A stretch of 64,000 nucleotides of DNA, from positions 143,251-207,250 of the forward strand of contig CACYLI010000001.1 in assembly GCA_902775285.1 (NCBI GenBank), in the 5' to 3' direction. The notes under the pieces were generated by a model. It searched no databases and had not been told where the DNA came from. It saw nothing but the letters and a program-made list of their open reading frames with translations. This DNA is from an uncultured Erysipelotrichaceae bacterium (GTDB lineage: Bacteria; Bacillota_I; Bacilli_A; RF39; UBA660). A program made the position numbers and the translations under genes. Positions 20,916-30,780 of this stretch are shown in pieces; within the stretch, counting starts at the first letter, position 1; every line of letters begins with the position of its first letter.

Positions 20916-21365
20916 TTATTTTCTTTTTTTCATTAAATCTCTAATTTCTTCAAGTAACAATACTTCATCAGATTTTTTTGGTGCTTCTTCTTTTGGTTCT
21001 TCCTCTTTCTTTTTCATAAATTTGTTCATAGCCTTAACAACAATAAAAATACAAAATGCAACAATAATGAAATTAATTATTACAGAGATTAAATTTCCAT
21101 AATTTAATGTTGCTGCTCCAGCAGCTGAAGCTTCTTCAAGAGTTGCATATTTATTTCCATCTAAAGCAATAAACCAATTTGTAAAATCAAGTCCACCTGT
21201 AAGTAATGAAACAAGTGGCATAATTACATCATTAACTACAGATGTTACTATTGCACTAAATGCACCACCAATAACAACACCAACAGCCATATCAAGTACA
21301 TTACCTCTTTTAATGAATTCTTTAAACTCACCAAATAATCCAAGTGCTTTTTCTTTTTTACTCAT
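20916..21365 (-). CDS. mscL: large-conductance mechanosensitive channel
   Basis: 149 aa. FKEFIKRGNVLDMAVGVVIGGAF signature, two TM helices. Confidence 0.93.
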   Translation of the reverse strand: MSKKEKALGLFGEFKEFIKRGNVLDMAVGVVIGGAFSAIVTSVVNDVIMPLVSLLTGGLDFTNWFIALDGNKYATLEEASAAGAATLNYGNLISVIINFIIVAFCIFIVVKAMNKFMKKKEEEPKEEAPKKSDEVLLLEEIRDLMKKRK

Positions 21366-21414
21366 AATTTCCTCCTGCCAATATTATAACATGTTAATAA
21401 CAAAACTAAAAGAA

Positions 21415-22296
21415 TTAACTCACCTTTACTACAATTTTATAATAATTATTATTATTATCCTTAATCACAATACTATTTTCATCACTTTTAACTATTTCTA
21501 TAATTATCAAGTTTTTATTATCTACTTTAATATACTCTAAATCTTTTCTCTCATCTTCTGTTATTATAATTGTACATTCAGAATCACTTAAAGAAGAATA
21601 ATTTTTAATATTTCCATTTGAAAGCAAATGCTCATTTCCTTTAGAATCTTTATACTTAATTTCATATAATGCATAATCATAATCTGTTGTATCTAATCCT
21701 AATTCCATACTATAAGCATCATCAACTTCTAATTTATTCTTTATAGTAGAAACATCTTCAATATATGACAAATCATCCCACTCTTCTACCTCAGTAAATA
21801 ATCTATATATTTTATGATCATTTGTTAAATAGAATAATTGACCACAAGTATCTCCATTACCAGTACAGTCAAGTTTTACATCAACAATACTATTTTTTTC
21901 ATATACATTATTATTAATAAATATTACATTTCCAAACCTATAATATTTAATCCCTTCATTTAATACATCTATTTTTTTACATTCAAGTGGTTCACATAAA
22001 TAATAAAACAAGTTATTATTAATTTGTTTATTATTTGTTAACAAGCCATATCGTTTAGATAAATCAAGTTCTATAGTTTTAAGATTATTAACATCAAATA
22101 GTTCATTATTGCTTTTATCTGAACTTGTATTATCTATTATATTCATGTCATTATTATTTTCATTATAACTTGAATCATTAGTTAAATTTGTATTATTAGT
22201 TTTTTTCAAATTTAATAATAATATAGTCACTATAATACATATAAATATACATACAGATATAATTATAACATTATTTATTTTTAGATTATTTTTCAT
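21415..22296 (-). CDS. hypothetical membrane-anchored extracytoplasmic protein
   Basis: 293 aa. N-terminal TM anchor, N/S-rich linker, ~200-aa domain with no recognised motif. Confidence 0.5.
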   Translation of the reverse strand: MKNNLKINNVIIISVCIFICIIVTILLLNLKKTNNTNLTNDSSYNENNNDMNIIDNTSSDKSNNELFDVNNLKTIELDLSKRYGLLTNNKQINNNLFYYLCEPLECKKIDVLNEGIKYYRFGNVIFINNNVYEKNSIVDVKLDCTGNGDTCGQLFYLTNDHKIYRLFTEVEEWDDLSYIEDVSTIKNKLEVDDAYSMELGLDTTDYDYALYEIKYKDSKGNEHLLSNGNIKNYSSLSDSECTIIITEDERKDLEYIKVDNKNLIIIEIVKSDENSIVIKDNNNNYYKIVVKVS

Positions 22297-22453
22297 AATA
22301 ACTATCCTCCATATCTAAAATCATTATATAGCCTTAAATTTTAAAAATAAACATTTAAAACTTATATTTACAGTTGTATGTGGAAAACTTGTGGATTTAT
22401 ATTTATATATAATTTAATAAAAAAATGATATAATTTTTATAGGAGGACTTAAT

Positions 22454-23812
22454 ATGTTTAAATATGAATGTGATTCAAGAAAAGTAGAAAAAGGTCAAAC
22501 ATTTATAGCATTAAAAGGATTAACTGTAGACGGACATGATTACATAGATAAAGCAATAGAAAAAGGTGCTACAACTATTGTTGGAGAAAAAGATTTAAAT
22601 TTAAGTGTTAATTATATAAAAGTAAATGATAGTTTAGAATATTTAAAAGAAACATTAAAAAAAGAATATAAAAATAAAATAGATAAATTAACATTAATAG
22701 GAGTAACAGGAACAAATGGAAAAACTACAAGTTGTTATTTAACATATCAAATGTTAAATTCATTAGGTATAGATACAGCATATATTGGAACAATTGGTTT
22801 TTATCATAAAGATGAATTTATTGAATTAAATAATACCACACCTGATATTCTAACTGTTTATAAATTGTTAGTTCATGCTTATGAAACTGGATGTAAATGT
22901 GTTGTGATGGAAGTTAGTTCACAAGCACTATCATACGATAGATTAAATGGAATAGATTATTCTATAATATCTTTTACTAATTTAACAGAAGATCATCTTG
23001 ACTTTCATAAAACCATGGATAACTATTTAAAAGCAAAATTATTAATATTAGATCATTTAAAAAAAGATGCTGTTATTTTAGCAAACTCTGATGATGAAAA
23101 TTATATTAATTTTAAAAAAGATAATCATAAATTCCTAACATATGGATTAAATGGTGACTACAAAATTTTAAATTTTAAATATAATCCTAAAGAAACTAAT
23201 TTAGAATTCAGTTATAATAATAAAAAATACAATGTTACTATTCCTTTAACAAGTAAATTTAATGTTTATAATTACTTAACTATGCTATCTATTGTTAATA
23301 ATTATGGAATAGAAATAGAAAAAATAATAGAGAATACAAATAAAATAAAAGCACCAAAAGGTAGATGTGAAGCTTATAAAGTGAAAGATGCTTATGCAAT
23401 AATTGATTATGCTCATACTCCAGATGCAGTAGAAAAAGTAATAAATGCTTACAGTGAACTAAAAAAGAATAGAATTATTACAATAATTGGCTGTGGTGGT
23501 GATAGAGATTCTAAGAAAAGACCTATTATGGGTAAAATAGCAACTGATTTATCAAATTATGTAATACTAACAAATGATAATCCTAGAACAGAAGATCCTG
23601 ATAAAATAATGAATGATATAGTAAAAGGAATAAACAAGAATAATTATGAAATAATAAAAGATAGAAAAGATGCTATAAAAAAAGGAATAGAAATTCTTCA
23701 AAAAGATGATATTTTATTAATACTTGGAAAAGGTCATGAAAACTATCAAATAATTGGAAAAACAAAATATCATTTAGATGATAGCGAAGAAGTACTTAAA
23801 TACATAAAATAA
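22454..23812 (+). CDS. murE: UDP-N-acetylmuramoyl-L-alanyl-D-glutamate--2,6-diaminopimelate ligase
   Basis: 452 aa. GVTGTNGKTT P-loop. DNPR motif (TNDNPRTEDP) diagnostic of meso-DAP-adding MurE. RBS AGGAGG. Confidence 0.9.
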   Translation: MFKYECDSRKVEKGQTFIALKGLTVDGHDYIDKAIEKGATTIVGEKDLNLSVNYIKVNDSLEYLKETLKKEYKNKIDKLTLIGVTGTNGKTTSCYLTYQMLNSLGIDTAYIGTIGFYHKDEFIELNNTTPDILTVYKLLVHAYETGCKCVVMEVSSQALSYDRLNGIDYSIISFTNLTEDHLDFHKTMDNYLKAKLLILDHLKKDAVILANSDDENYINFKKDNHKFLTYGLNGDYKILNFKYNPKETNLEFSYNNKKYNVTIPLTSKFNVYNYLTMLSIVNNYGIEIEKIIENTNKIKAPKGRCEAYKVKDAYAIIDYAHTPDAVEKVINAYSELKKNRIITIIGCGGDRDSKKRPIMGKIATDLSNYVILTNDNPRTEDPDKIMNDIVKGINKNNYEIIKDRKDAIKKGIEILQKDDILLILGKGHENYQIIGKTKYHLDDSEEVLKYIK

Positions 23813-23833
23813 GAAGTGAAAAATTCACTTCTT
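23811..23833. terminator. bidirectional terminator between murE and carD-like gene
   Basis: AAGAAGTGAA-AAA-TTCACTTCTT followed by TTTTATTTT on plus and by A/T-rich sequence on minus. Confidence 0.65.
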
Positions 23834-23834
23834 T

Positions 23835-24320
23835 TTATTTTAAATATTCTATTACTTTAGAAACAACATAATCTTTAGTCTCATCATAAGTTTTATTCAA
23901 TGCTATAGAAAATTCTGTATATAATAACTTTTCAGCTCTTTTAAAATAAGTGTCGTCTTTTTCTCCAATTTTTCTTTTATTATCTATTCTTTCTTTATTT
24001 CTAACATAAGTAGTTTTAATAATTTTAATTAATCCTTCATGTGTCATCTCATTAAGTAGTTTTCTATACTCAAGTTCTAATAACTTATCATTATCACATT
24101 TAATTATTTCAATTTTTGGAATTTTCTTTATTATCTCATCAACTTCACTTGCGCTAATAATACTTTTTACATTACTAATACCATTTACTGGAACATCTAT
24201 TGTTAAAGTTTCATCATTAACAGGAACTAATACATAATAATCTTTTTCATTTACTTTTTTAATATTTATAATCTTACATACATCTCTTTTATAAACAACA
24301 AAATCATTAACTTTATACAT
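23835..24320 (-). CDS. CarD/CdnL-family RNA-polymerase-binding regulator
   Basis: 161 aa. N-terminal Tudor-like MYKVNDFVVYKRDVCKIINI and helical C-terminus, the size typical of firmicute CarD-like proteins. RBS AAGGAGG. Confidence 0.6.
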   Translation of the reverse strand: MYKVNDFVVYKRDVCKIINIKKVNEKDYYVLVPVNDETLTIDVPVNGISNVKSIISASEVDEIIKKIPKIEIIKCDNDKLLELEYRKLLNEMTHEGLIKIIKTTYVRNKERIDNKRKIGEKDDTYFKRAEKLLYTEFSIALNKTYDETKDYVVSKVIEYLK

Positions 24321-24622
24321 AAAAACCTCCTTTTCTTATAATATAATTATAATATTTTTAAAAATTTTTCGTAAGTTTTTTTAAATAAAAAAAGAGTATA
24401 CCATAAAGATATACTCATCTATTAACAATAAAAATATAACAATAAAAGTCCTATAGAGTGTATGTAGTAAGGTAGGAATAATATGTTATATTTTTATGAA
24501 TAGCATAATTATACTATCCCCTTTCAAATTAATTATATTATTCTATTGTTAATAAAATGTGAAAATTATGTATATTTTTTAAAAAAATGAATTTATATGA
24601 TAAAATATAATAGAGGTATCAT

Positions 24623-25534
24623 ATGAAAAATAGATTATTAATAATACTTATTATATCTTTAACAATAATTCCAATCTTATCAAATAAAAAAATTGATAGT
24701 GGTTGGGATACTAGCTATGACTCTTGGGACTCTGGAAGTAGTTGGGATTCTTGGGACTCTGGAAGTAGTTGGGATTCTTGGGACTCAGGTAGTAGTTGGG
24801 ATTCTTGGGATTCTAGTAATAGTTGGAGTTCATATGATTCTGACTATCATTATAGTAGTTCAAATGATAAAGGTGATAATTTAATACCATTAATAATAGT
24901 ATTTTTAATAATTATAATAATAGTATATTGTGAATTCTCAGGTAAAAAGAACAAAACATATTATAATCAAAATGCAAATATTAATCGTGATAAAGACGTT
25001 ATTAATAAAATACTTGCTGAAATTCCTGATTTTGATCAATCTGAATTTTTAAAGAATGCTTATGATATATATATAAATGTTCAAAATGCATGGATGACTT
25101 TTAACTATGAAGAGCTTCAAAAAAATCTAACAGATTCATTATATAACTCATACAAAATGCAATTAAAACCATTAAAAGAAAAACACGAACAAAATGTTAT
25201 GAGTGAATTTAAACTTATTAATCAAAATATTATTTCTTTTAGTAAAACAGAAAACGAGTATGTAATTAAAACAGATTTATCTGTAACTTTTTATGATTAT
25301 GTAATTGATTCAAATAAAAAAGTAATTAGAGGAACTGATAAATATAAAATATTTGTAATATATGAATTAACATATATTAGAAGTATAAGTAAACATAGTA
25401 ATAAATGCCCTAATTGTAATGCAGAATTACCTGATAATAATAGTAATATTTGTCCTTATTGTAAAAGTACTATAGTAAGTAATAATTATGATTGGGTTAT
25501 GTCTAAAAAAGAAGTATTAAAACAAAGTAGGTGA
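24623..25534 (+). CDS. Tim44-like-domain membrane protein with SWDSWDSGS repeats and C-terminal zinc ribbon
   Basis: 303 aa. Signal/TM helix, (SWDSWDSGS)n acidic repeat, second TM helix. Tim44-like region FLKNAYDIYINVQNAWMTFNYEELQKNLTDSLY. C-terminal CPNC...CPYC. Confidence 0.65.
   Translation: MKNRLLIILIISLTIIPILSNKKIDSGWDTSYDSWDSGSSWDSWDSGSSWDSWDSGSSWDSWDSSNSWSSYDSDYHYSSSNDKGDNLIPLIIVFLIIIIIVYCEFSGKKNKTYYNQNANINRDKDVINKILAEIPDFDQSEFLKNAYDIYINVQNAWMTFNYEELQKNLTDSLYNSYKMQLKPLKEKHEQNVMSEFKLINQNIISFSKTENEYVIKTDLSVTFYDYVIDSNKKVIRGTDKYKIFVIYELTYIRSISKHSNKCPNCNAELPDNNSNICPYCKSTIVSNNYDWVMSKKEVLKQSR
24722..24829 (+). repeat. 27-bp coding tandem repeat, 4 copies (last two degenerate)
   Basis: TCTTGGGACTCTGGAAGTAGTTGGGAT at 24722 and 24749 (identical). 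24776 has 2 differences. 24803 is more diverged. Confidence 0.9.
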
Positions 25535-25538
25535 AAAA

Positions 25539-26075
25539 ATGATTGAAGAAATAAAAAAATATGATAAGAATTTTAATGAGGATTTATTTTTAAGTAATAC
25601 AGATCATATTTTTATAATGATACTAGATGCTATAATGGATAAAAACATTACAAATGTTAAACATTATATAACTGAAAATGTATTTACAAGTTTAAATAAT
25701 TTAGTAACAACATATATAAATAATAATAAAACAAGATTATTTGATGAAATGAATATTAAATCAACCAAAATTATTAATTATAATATAGATAATAATATGA
25801 TTAACATAGAAGTATTATTAACTTCAAGATATATGGATTATTTTATAGATGAAAATGGTAAATACATTGAAGGAATAAATGACCATAGAATAGAAAAAAA
25901 TTATCACATTATTCTTTCAAAAAATATAAATGCTGAAAAGTTAAAAGAAGCAAGAACTTGTCAAAATTGTGGAGCTACTTTAGATATAAATGCTAGTGGA
26001 ATATGTCCATTTTGTAAAAAAATAATTGATTTAAAAAATAAAGAATATATTATTTCAAAAATTGATACAATTTAA
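25539..26075 (+). CDS. Tim44-like-domain protein with C-terminal zinc ribbon (cytoplasmic paralog)
   Basis: 178 aa. 4 nt after the previous gene. Same order of features (FLSNTDHIFIMILDAIM..., CQNC...CPFC) but no TM helix or repeat region. Confidence 0.55.
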   Translation: MIEEIKKYDKNFNEDLFLSNTDHIFIMILDAIMDKNITNVKHYITENVFTSLNNLVTTYINNNKTRLFDEMNIKSTKIINYNIDNNMINIEVLLTSRYMDYFIDENGKYIEGINDHRIEKNYHIILSKNINAEKLKEARTCQNCGATLDINASGICPFCKKIIDLKNKEYIISKIDTI

Positions 26076-26098
26076 AAGAGCTAAATAGCTCTTTTTTT
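26075..26098. terminator. bidirectional terminator between convergent genes
   Basis: AAAGAGC-TAAATA-GCTCTTT followed by TTTTT. The phosphoketolase stop is at 26100. Confidence 0.65.
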
Positions 26099-26099
26099 A

Positions 26100-28430
26100 T
26101 TACCATTTCCAATTTCTTATATCAGGCATATCTTCGCCATATTCTTCAATATATTCTTTATGTTCAATTAACTTATCTTTACACCATTCAATTAATGATG
26201 CTCTTCTATCTCCTAATTGAGGTAAATATTTTAATGCATCCATTACTAAATGATATCTATCTAATTTATTTTGAACTTTCATATCAAATGTTGTTGTAAT
26301 AGTTCCCTCTTCTAAGTAACCATGAACATGCATATTTTTATTTGCTCTTTTATATGCAAGTTGATGAATTAAATGAGGATAACCATGGAATGCAAATATA
26401 ATAGGTTTCTTTTTAGTAAATAAACTATCATATTCATCATCTTCAAGACCATGAGGATGATTTTTAGCACTTTCAAGTTTCATTAAATCAACAACATTTA
26501 TAAATCTTATTTTTAATTCTGGAAAATTCTCTCTTAATATTTTAGTAGCAGCCAAACTTTCTATAGTTGGTGTTTCTCCAGCACAAGCCATTACTAAATC
26601 AGGTTCACATCCTTCATCATTACTTGCAAATTCCCAAATTCCAAGACCTTTTGTACAATGTTTAATTGCTTCATCCATTGTTAGCCATTGACTTCTTGGA
26701 TGTTTAGATGCAACTATTACATTTATATAATTTTTACTTCTTATACAATGATCAAAACATGAAATTAAAGTATTAGTATCTGGAGGTAAATATATTCTAA
26801 CTATATCTGCTTTCTTTGTTACTAAATGATTTAAAAATCCAGGATCTTGATGAGTAAATCCATTATGATCTTGTTGCCATACATAAGAAGTAAGAACATA
26901 ATTTAAAGATGATATTTCTCTTCTCCAAGGTAATTCTTTAGTGACTTTTAACCATTTAGCATGTTGAGATGCCATAGAATCAACAATTCTTATAAATGCT
27001 TCATAGCTATGGAAGAAACCATGTCTACCAGTAAGTAAATATCCTTCAAGCATTCCTTCACACAAATGCTCAGACAATACTGAGTCAATTACCCTACCAC
27101 TTGGAGCTAAAAATTCATCATTATCATAAGTAATTCCATTCCATTGTCTATTAGTAACTTCAAATACATGATTTAATCTATTAGATAAAGCTTCATCAGG
27201 ACCAAAAATTCTAAAATTCTTTTTATCTTCATTTAATTTTATAATGTCTCTAATGAATCTACCTAATTCCATCATATCTTGACTAATAACTTCTCCACGT
27301 TTTTTAATATCAATAGCATAATCTCTAAAATCAGGAATATTTAACTCTTCTAACAGTTTTCCTCCATTTGCATGAGGATTCATTCCCATTCTTCTGTCTC
27401 CTACTGGAGCAAGTTCTTTTAATTCTTTAATTAATGTTCCATTATTATCAAATAATTCTTCTGGTTTATAACTTTTAAGCCAAGCTTCTAAAATCTCTAA
27501 ATTTTCTTTATGTTCTTTATTTACAACAATTGGTACTTGATGTGAACGAAAACTTCCTTCGATTTCTTTATTATCTACAATTTTAGGTCCTGTCCATCCT
27601 TTAGGAGTATTTAAAATAATCATAGGTAATATAGCTCTTTTATTTAATCTTGTTTTACTTTTAATTTCTTTAATTTCTTCTATACATTTATCTAATGTTT
27701 TAGCCATTAATTCATGTAACTTCATAGTATTAGATTCTTTAACAATATATGGATGATATCCACATCCTTCAAAAAATTTAATCATTTCTTCTTCTGGAAT
27801 TCTTGAGAAGATTGTTGGATTTGCAATTTTATATCCATTTAAATGAAGAATAGGCAACACTACTCCGTCTGTTAATGGATTTAATATTTTATTCAAATGC
27901 CATGAAGCTGCTAAAGGTCCTGTTTCACTTTCTCCATCTCCAACTACACAAGCTGCTATTAAATCAGGATTATCAAGAACTGCTCCATAAGCATGAGATA
28001 AACTATATCCAAGTTCTCCACCTTCATTAATACTACCTGGAGTTTCTGGAGCAACATGAGAAGAAATACCACCAGGAAAACTAAATTGTTTAAATAATTT
28101 TTTTAGTCCATTTTCATCTTCTGTAATACTTGGATATGTTTCAGTATAACTTCCTTCTAGATATGTATTTGAAACAATTGCTTGACCGCCATGTCCAGGT
28201 CCAGATATATAAATCATATCTAAATCATATTTTTTAATAATTCTATTTAAATGAACATATATAAAGTTTTGTCCTGGAGCAGTACCCCAATGTCCAACTA
28301 CATTTGGCTTTATATCATTCAAAGTTAAAGGTCTCTTTAATAATGGATTATCTTTTAAATATAACTGTCCTAATGATAAATAATTAGCAGCTCTAAAATA
28401 AGCATCCATTTTTTCAAATTCACTTTTCAT
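26100..28430 (-). CDS. xfp: xylulose-5-phosphate/fructose-6-phosphate phosphoketolase
   Basis: 776 aa. [34 protein letters not shown] (ThDP site). Typical length. Confidence 0.95.
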   Translation of the reverse strand: MKSEFEKMDAYFRAANYLSLGQLYLKDNPLLKRPLTLNDIKPNVVGHWGTAPGQNFIYVHLNRIIKKYDLDMIYISGPGHGGQAIVSNTYLEGSYTETYPSITEDENGLKKLFKQFSFPGGISSHVAPETPGSINEGGELGYSLSHAYGAVLDNPDLIAACVVGDGESETGPLAASWHLNKILNPLTDGVVLPILHLNGYKIANPTIFSRIPEEEMIKFFEGCGYHPYIVKESNTMKLHELMAKTLDKCIEEIKEIKSKTRLNKRAILPMIILNTPKGWTGPKIVDNKEIEGSFRSHQVPIVVNKEHKENLEILEAWLKSYKPEELFDNNGTLIKELKELAPVGDRRMGMNPHANGGKLLEELNIPDFRDYAIDIKKRGEVISQDMMELGRFIRDIIKLNEDKKNFRIFGPDEALSNRLNHVFEVTNRQWNGITYDNDEFLAPSGRVIDSVLSEHLCEGMLEGYLLTGRHGFFHSYEAFIRIVDSMASQHAKWLKVTKELPWRREISSLNYVLTSYVWQQDHNGFTHQDPGFLNHLVTKKADIVRIYLPPDTNTLISCFDHCIRSKNYINVIVASKHPRSQWLTMDEAIKHCTKGLGIWEFASNDEGCEPDLVMACAGETPTIESLAATKILRENFPELKIRFINVVDLMKLESAKNHPHGLEDDEYDSLFTKKKPIIFAFHGYPHLIHQLAYKRANKNMHVHGYLEEGTITTTFDMKVQNKLDRYHLVMDALKYLPQLGDRRASLIEWCKDKLIEHKEYIEEYGEDMPDIRNWKW

Positions 28431-28473
28431 ATTCTCCTCCTATTCTATATATATAATTTTATAACAAAAAGCA

Positions 28474-28500
28474 ACAAAAAAAAAGAGTTATAAAACTCTT
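28474..28500 (-). terminator. intrinsic terminator after tsaE
   Basis: AAGAGTT-ATAA-AACTCTT overlapping the tsaE stop. T-run on the minus strand (A-run 28474-28482). Confidence 0.6.
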
Positions 28501-28937
28501 TCACATAAATCTTCATACTTACTTCCATGTGGAGTAATTATAAATTGTCTTGTATCTTCATCAATTATCTTAATTCTAATATCTAATCTATTCTTAGGTA
28601 AAATATCTTCAATTAAATCAGACCATTCAATAATACAAACACCTTTTTTAGTAAAATATTCACTTATACCAATATCTTGTTTAATATCACTTAATCTATA
28701 AACATCCATATGAAATAATTTTAATTCACCTTCATATTCTTTAATTATATTAAATGTTGGAGAAGTAATATTTTCATTTATTCCATCTGCTTTAGCAAAA
28801 GCCTTAGCAAACACTGTTTTTCCACTACCTAAATCTCCTTCTAAACATATAACCATATTAGGAAATTTCTCAGATTCTATATTTTGCGCTAATTCTATTG
28901 TTTCATCTTCTGAATAAGCTGTTATTTTATATTGCAT
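28488..28937 (-). CDS. tsaE: tRNA t6A37 biosynthesis ATPase TsaE
   Basis: 149 aa. GDLGSGKTVFAKAF P-loop, SPTFNIIKEY, HMDVYRL motifs. Confidence 0.9.
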   Translation of the reverse strand: MQYKITAYSEDETIELAQNIESEKFPNMVICLEGDLGSGKTVFAKAFAKADGINENITSPTFNIIKEYEGELKLFHMDVYRLSDIKQDIGISEYFTKKGVCIIEWSDLIEDILPKNRLDIRIKIIDEDTRQFIITPHGSKYEDLCERVL

Positions 28938-29074
28938 TTATATCACCATAATAATTGTATCATTATTATAAAAATATATACAAGTTTTTTTGTATAATTT
29001 ACATATTTTTTTAATTAAGAAGTCTAGTCAATTACTATCTATAAAACATAAATTATTTTTAGGAAGGTGAAAAT

Positions 29075-29518
29075 ATGTATTTTGATGAAAATAACAATTT
29101 TTTTTATGAAGATAATGATCATAACTATAATTTTAAAATTGACAATATAGATTTTAATAATAGAAATAATGAATTATTTTCTGTAGAAGAAGGATTTAAT
29201 AAAGGTAATGTTTTTAAAAATTTATATACAAAGTATAAAAATTATGTATATAAATTAAATGTTAATAATAAAAAAGATGAATTATTATATAAAATTCAAA
29301 TGTATAATTTTATGCAAAAAGATTTAAATTTATATTTAGATGTTAATCCTGATGATCAAAGCATTATAAACGAATATTTAAAGATTATTAAAAAAGGTGA
29401 GGAATATAAAAAGGAATATGAGAATAAATATGGTCCATTATGTTCAAGTAACTCAATAGATGAAGACAGATATAGTTGGATTAATAATCCATGGCCATGG
29501 GATAAAGGAGGTAAATAA
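29075..29518 (+). CDS. cotJB: spore-coat protein, apparent CotJA-CotJB fusion
   Basis: 147 aa. C-half LYKIQMYNFMQKDLNLYLDVNPDDQ...YENKYGPL...NNPWPWD is the CotJB signature. N-half ELFSVEEGFNKGNVFKNLYTKY resembles the CotJA core (EAL..GT.F..LY.PY). RBS AGGAAGG. Confidence 0.7.
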   Translation: MYFDENNNFFYEDNDHNYNFKIDNIDFNNRNNELFSVEEGFNKGNVFKNLYTKYKNYVYKLNVNNKKDELLYKIQMYNFMQKDLNLYLDVNPDDQSIINEYLKIIKKGEEYKKEYENKYGPLCSSNSIDEDRYSWINNPWPWDKGGK

Positions 29519-29519
29519 T

Positions 29520-30083
29520 ATGTTTAAATATGAAAAAATGTTAGAATATCCAATAAATATAAAAAAGAAAGATTTAAAAATGGCAAAACTACTAGTAACA
29601 CAATTTGGTGGACCTGATGGTGAATTAGGTGCGTCTCTTAGGTACTTATCTCAAAGATTTTCTATGCCAGATGATAGAGGTAAAGCGCTCTTAACTGATA
29701 TTGGAACTGAAGAATTAGGTCATGTAGAAATGATTTGTACTATGATAAATCAATTAATAAAAGATGCTACTATAGAAGAAATAAAAAATGCTGGGTTATC
29801 TTCTTGGTATACGCAACATAATAAAGGAGTTTACCCAACTGATGCAAATGGAGTTCCATTCACATCTGCCTATATAGCATCTACCGGAAATCCAATAGTT
29901 GATTTACAAGAAGATTTAGCAGCTGAAGAAAAAGCAAGAGCTACATATGAAAACTTAATGGATTTAACTGATGATTCTTCAATATTAGCTCCCCTTTCTT
30001 TTTTAAGACAAAGAGAAATTGTTCATTATACAAGATTTAAAGAATTATTAGATTATTATAAACAAAAAGATATTAACATTTAA
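29520..30083 (+). CDS. cotJC: spore-coat protein CotJC (manganese-catalase family)
   Basis: Start at ATG 29520 (GGAGG 8 nt upstream; the track ORF extension overlaps cotJB). MFKYEKMLEYPINIKKKDLKMAKLLVTQFGGPDGELGASLRYLSQRF, EELGHVEM. 187 aa. Confidence 0.9.
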   Translation: MFKYEKMLEYPINIKKKDLKMAKLLVTQFGGPDGELGASLRYLSQRFSMPDDRGKALLTDIGTEELGHVEMICTMINQLIKDATIEEIKNAGLSSWYTQHNKGVYPTDANGVPFTSAYIASTGNPIVDLQEDLAAEEKARATYENLMDLTDDSSILAPLSFLRQREIVHYTRFKELLDYYKQKDINI

Positions 30084-30780
30084 TATCTTTTTTTATAAAT
30101 TTTTTATTTCCTAAAAAATATAAAATAAACATACTTAATACATCAATTATAATACCTTTTTTTAAACTTAAATTTGTTCCTAGATTTTTATTCATTATAT
30201 CTATAGAATTATCATTAAATATAGAAAAATCCAAATATGGTAAAAAAGTATATTCAATAATATTAAATTTAAATCCAAAAAACACCTGAGAAATAATTAA
30301 AGAAAACGTTACTATAAAAATAGATATTCCAACACTAAAAGCATGATTCTTAAAACAAAGAGATAAATATAATATTAAGAAACCAATAAAATAACATGGA
30401 ACTGAATAAATAAAAAATTTTAATATATATTTATAATCAAAAGAATGATTTAAAATAGAACTAACAATAGTTATTATTAAAATATTAATCGTTATATATA
30501 TAATTATAGTAATCATTTTAGATAAATATATTTTCCATCTTTTATATGGTTTAGTTAAATAATATCTAAAACTACCATTTTCAATCTCATTAGATATTAT
30601 TCCTCCAAATAATATACATATAATTATAGATACTATTGGTATTAAATTATAAGATAATTCAAGAATACTTTTATTACCATATCTTTTAATACACAATAAT
30701 GTTATTATTAATAGAATTTGTGAAAATATAATTTTACTTAATCTTATCTTTATAAATTCATTTTTAATTAGATTTATCAT
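30073..30780 (-). CDS. ABC-2 type transporter permease
   Basis: 235 aa, 6 TM helices. Overlaps the upstream ATPase gene by 17 nt. Confidence 0.65.
   Translation of the reverse strand: MINLIKNEFIKIRLSKIIFSQILLIITLLCIKRYGNKSILELSYNLIPIVSIIICILFGGIISNEIENGSFRYYLTKPYKRWKIYLSKMITIIIYITINILIITIVSSILNHSFDYKYILKFFIYSVPCYFIGFLILYLSLCFKNHAFSVGISIFIVTFSLIISQVFFGFKFNIIEYTFLPYLDFSIFNDNSIDIMNKNLGTNLSLKKGIIIDVLSMFILYFLGNKKFIKKDIKC

Noticed and set aside
22297-22453. Intergenic leaders upstream of murE, PBP1A (48334-48483) and the 24321-24622 region, checked for riboswitch or T-box-like structure
   Set aside because: They are AT-rich with only short hairpins. I could recognise no conserved riboswitch or T-box core sequence.
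24722-24829. Regular 27-bp repeats considered as a possible CRISPR array
   Set aside because: The repeats are directly adjacent without spacers, are in frame inside a long ORF and encode SWDSWDSGS. This is a coding tandem repeat, not CRISPR. No cas genes are in the window.
29460-29519. N-terminal extension of the cotJC ORF overlapping cotJB
   Set aside because: GGAGG precedes the ATG at 29520, and the CotJC family starts MFKYEK... The extension is just an open frame within cotJB.
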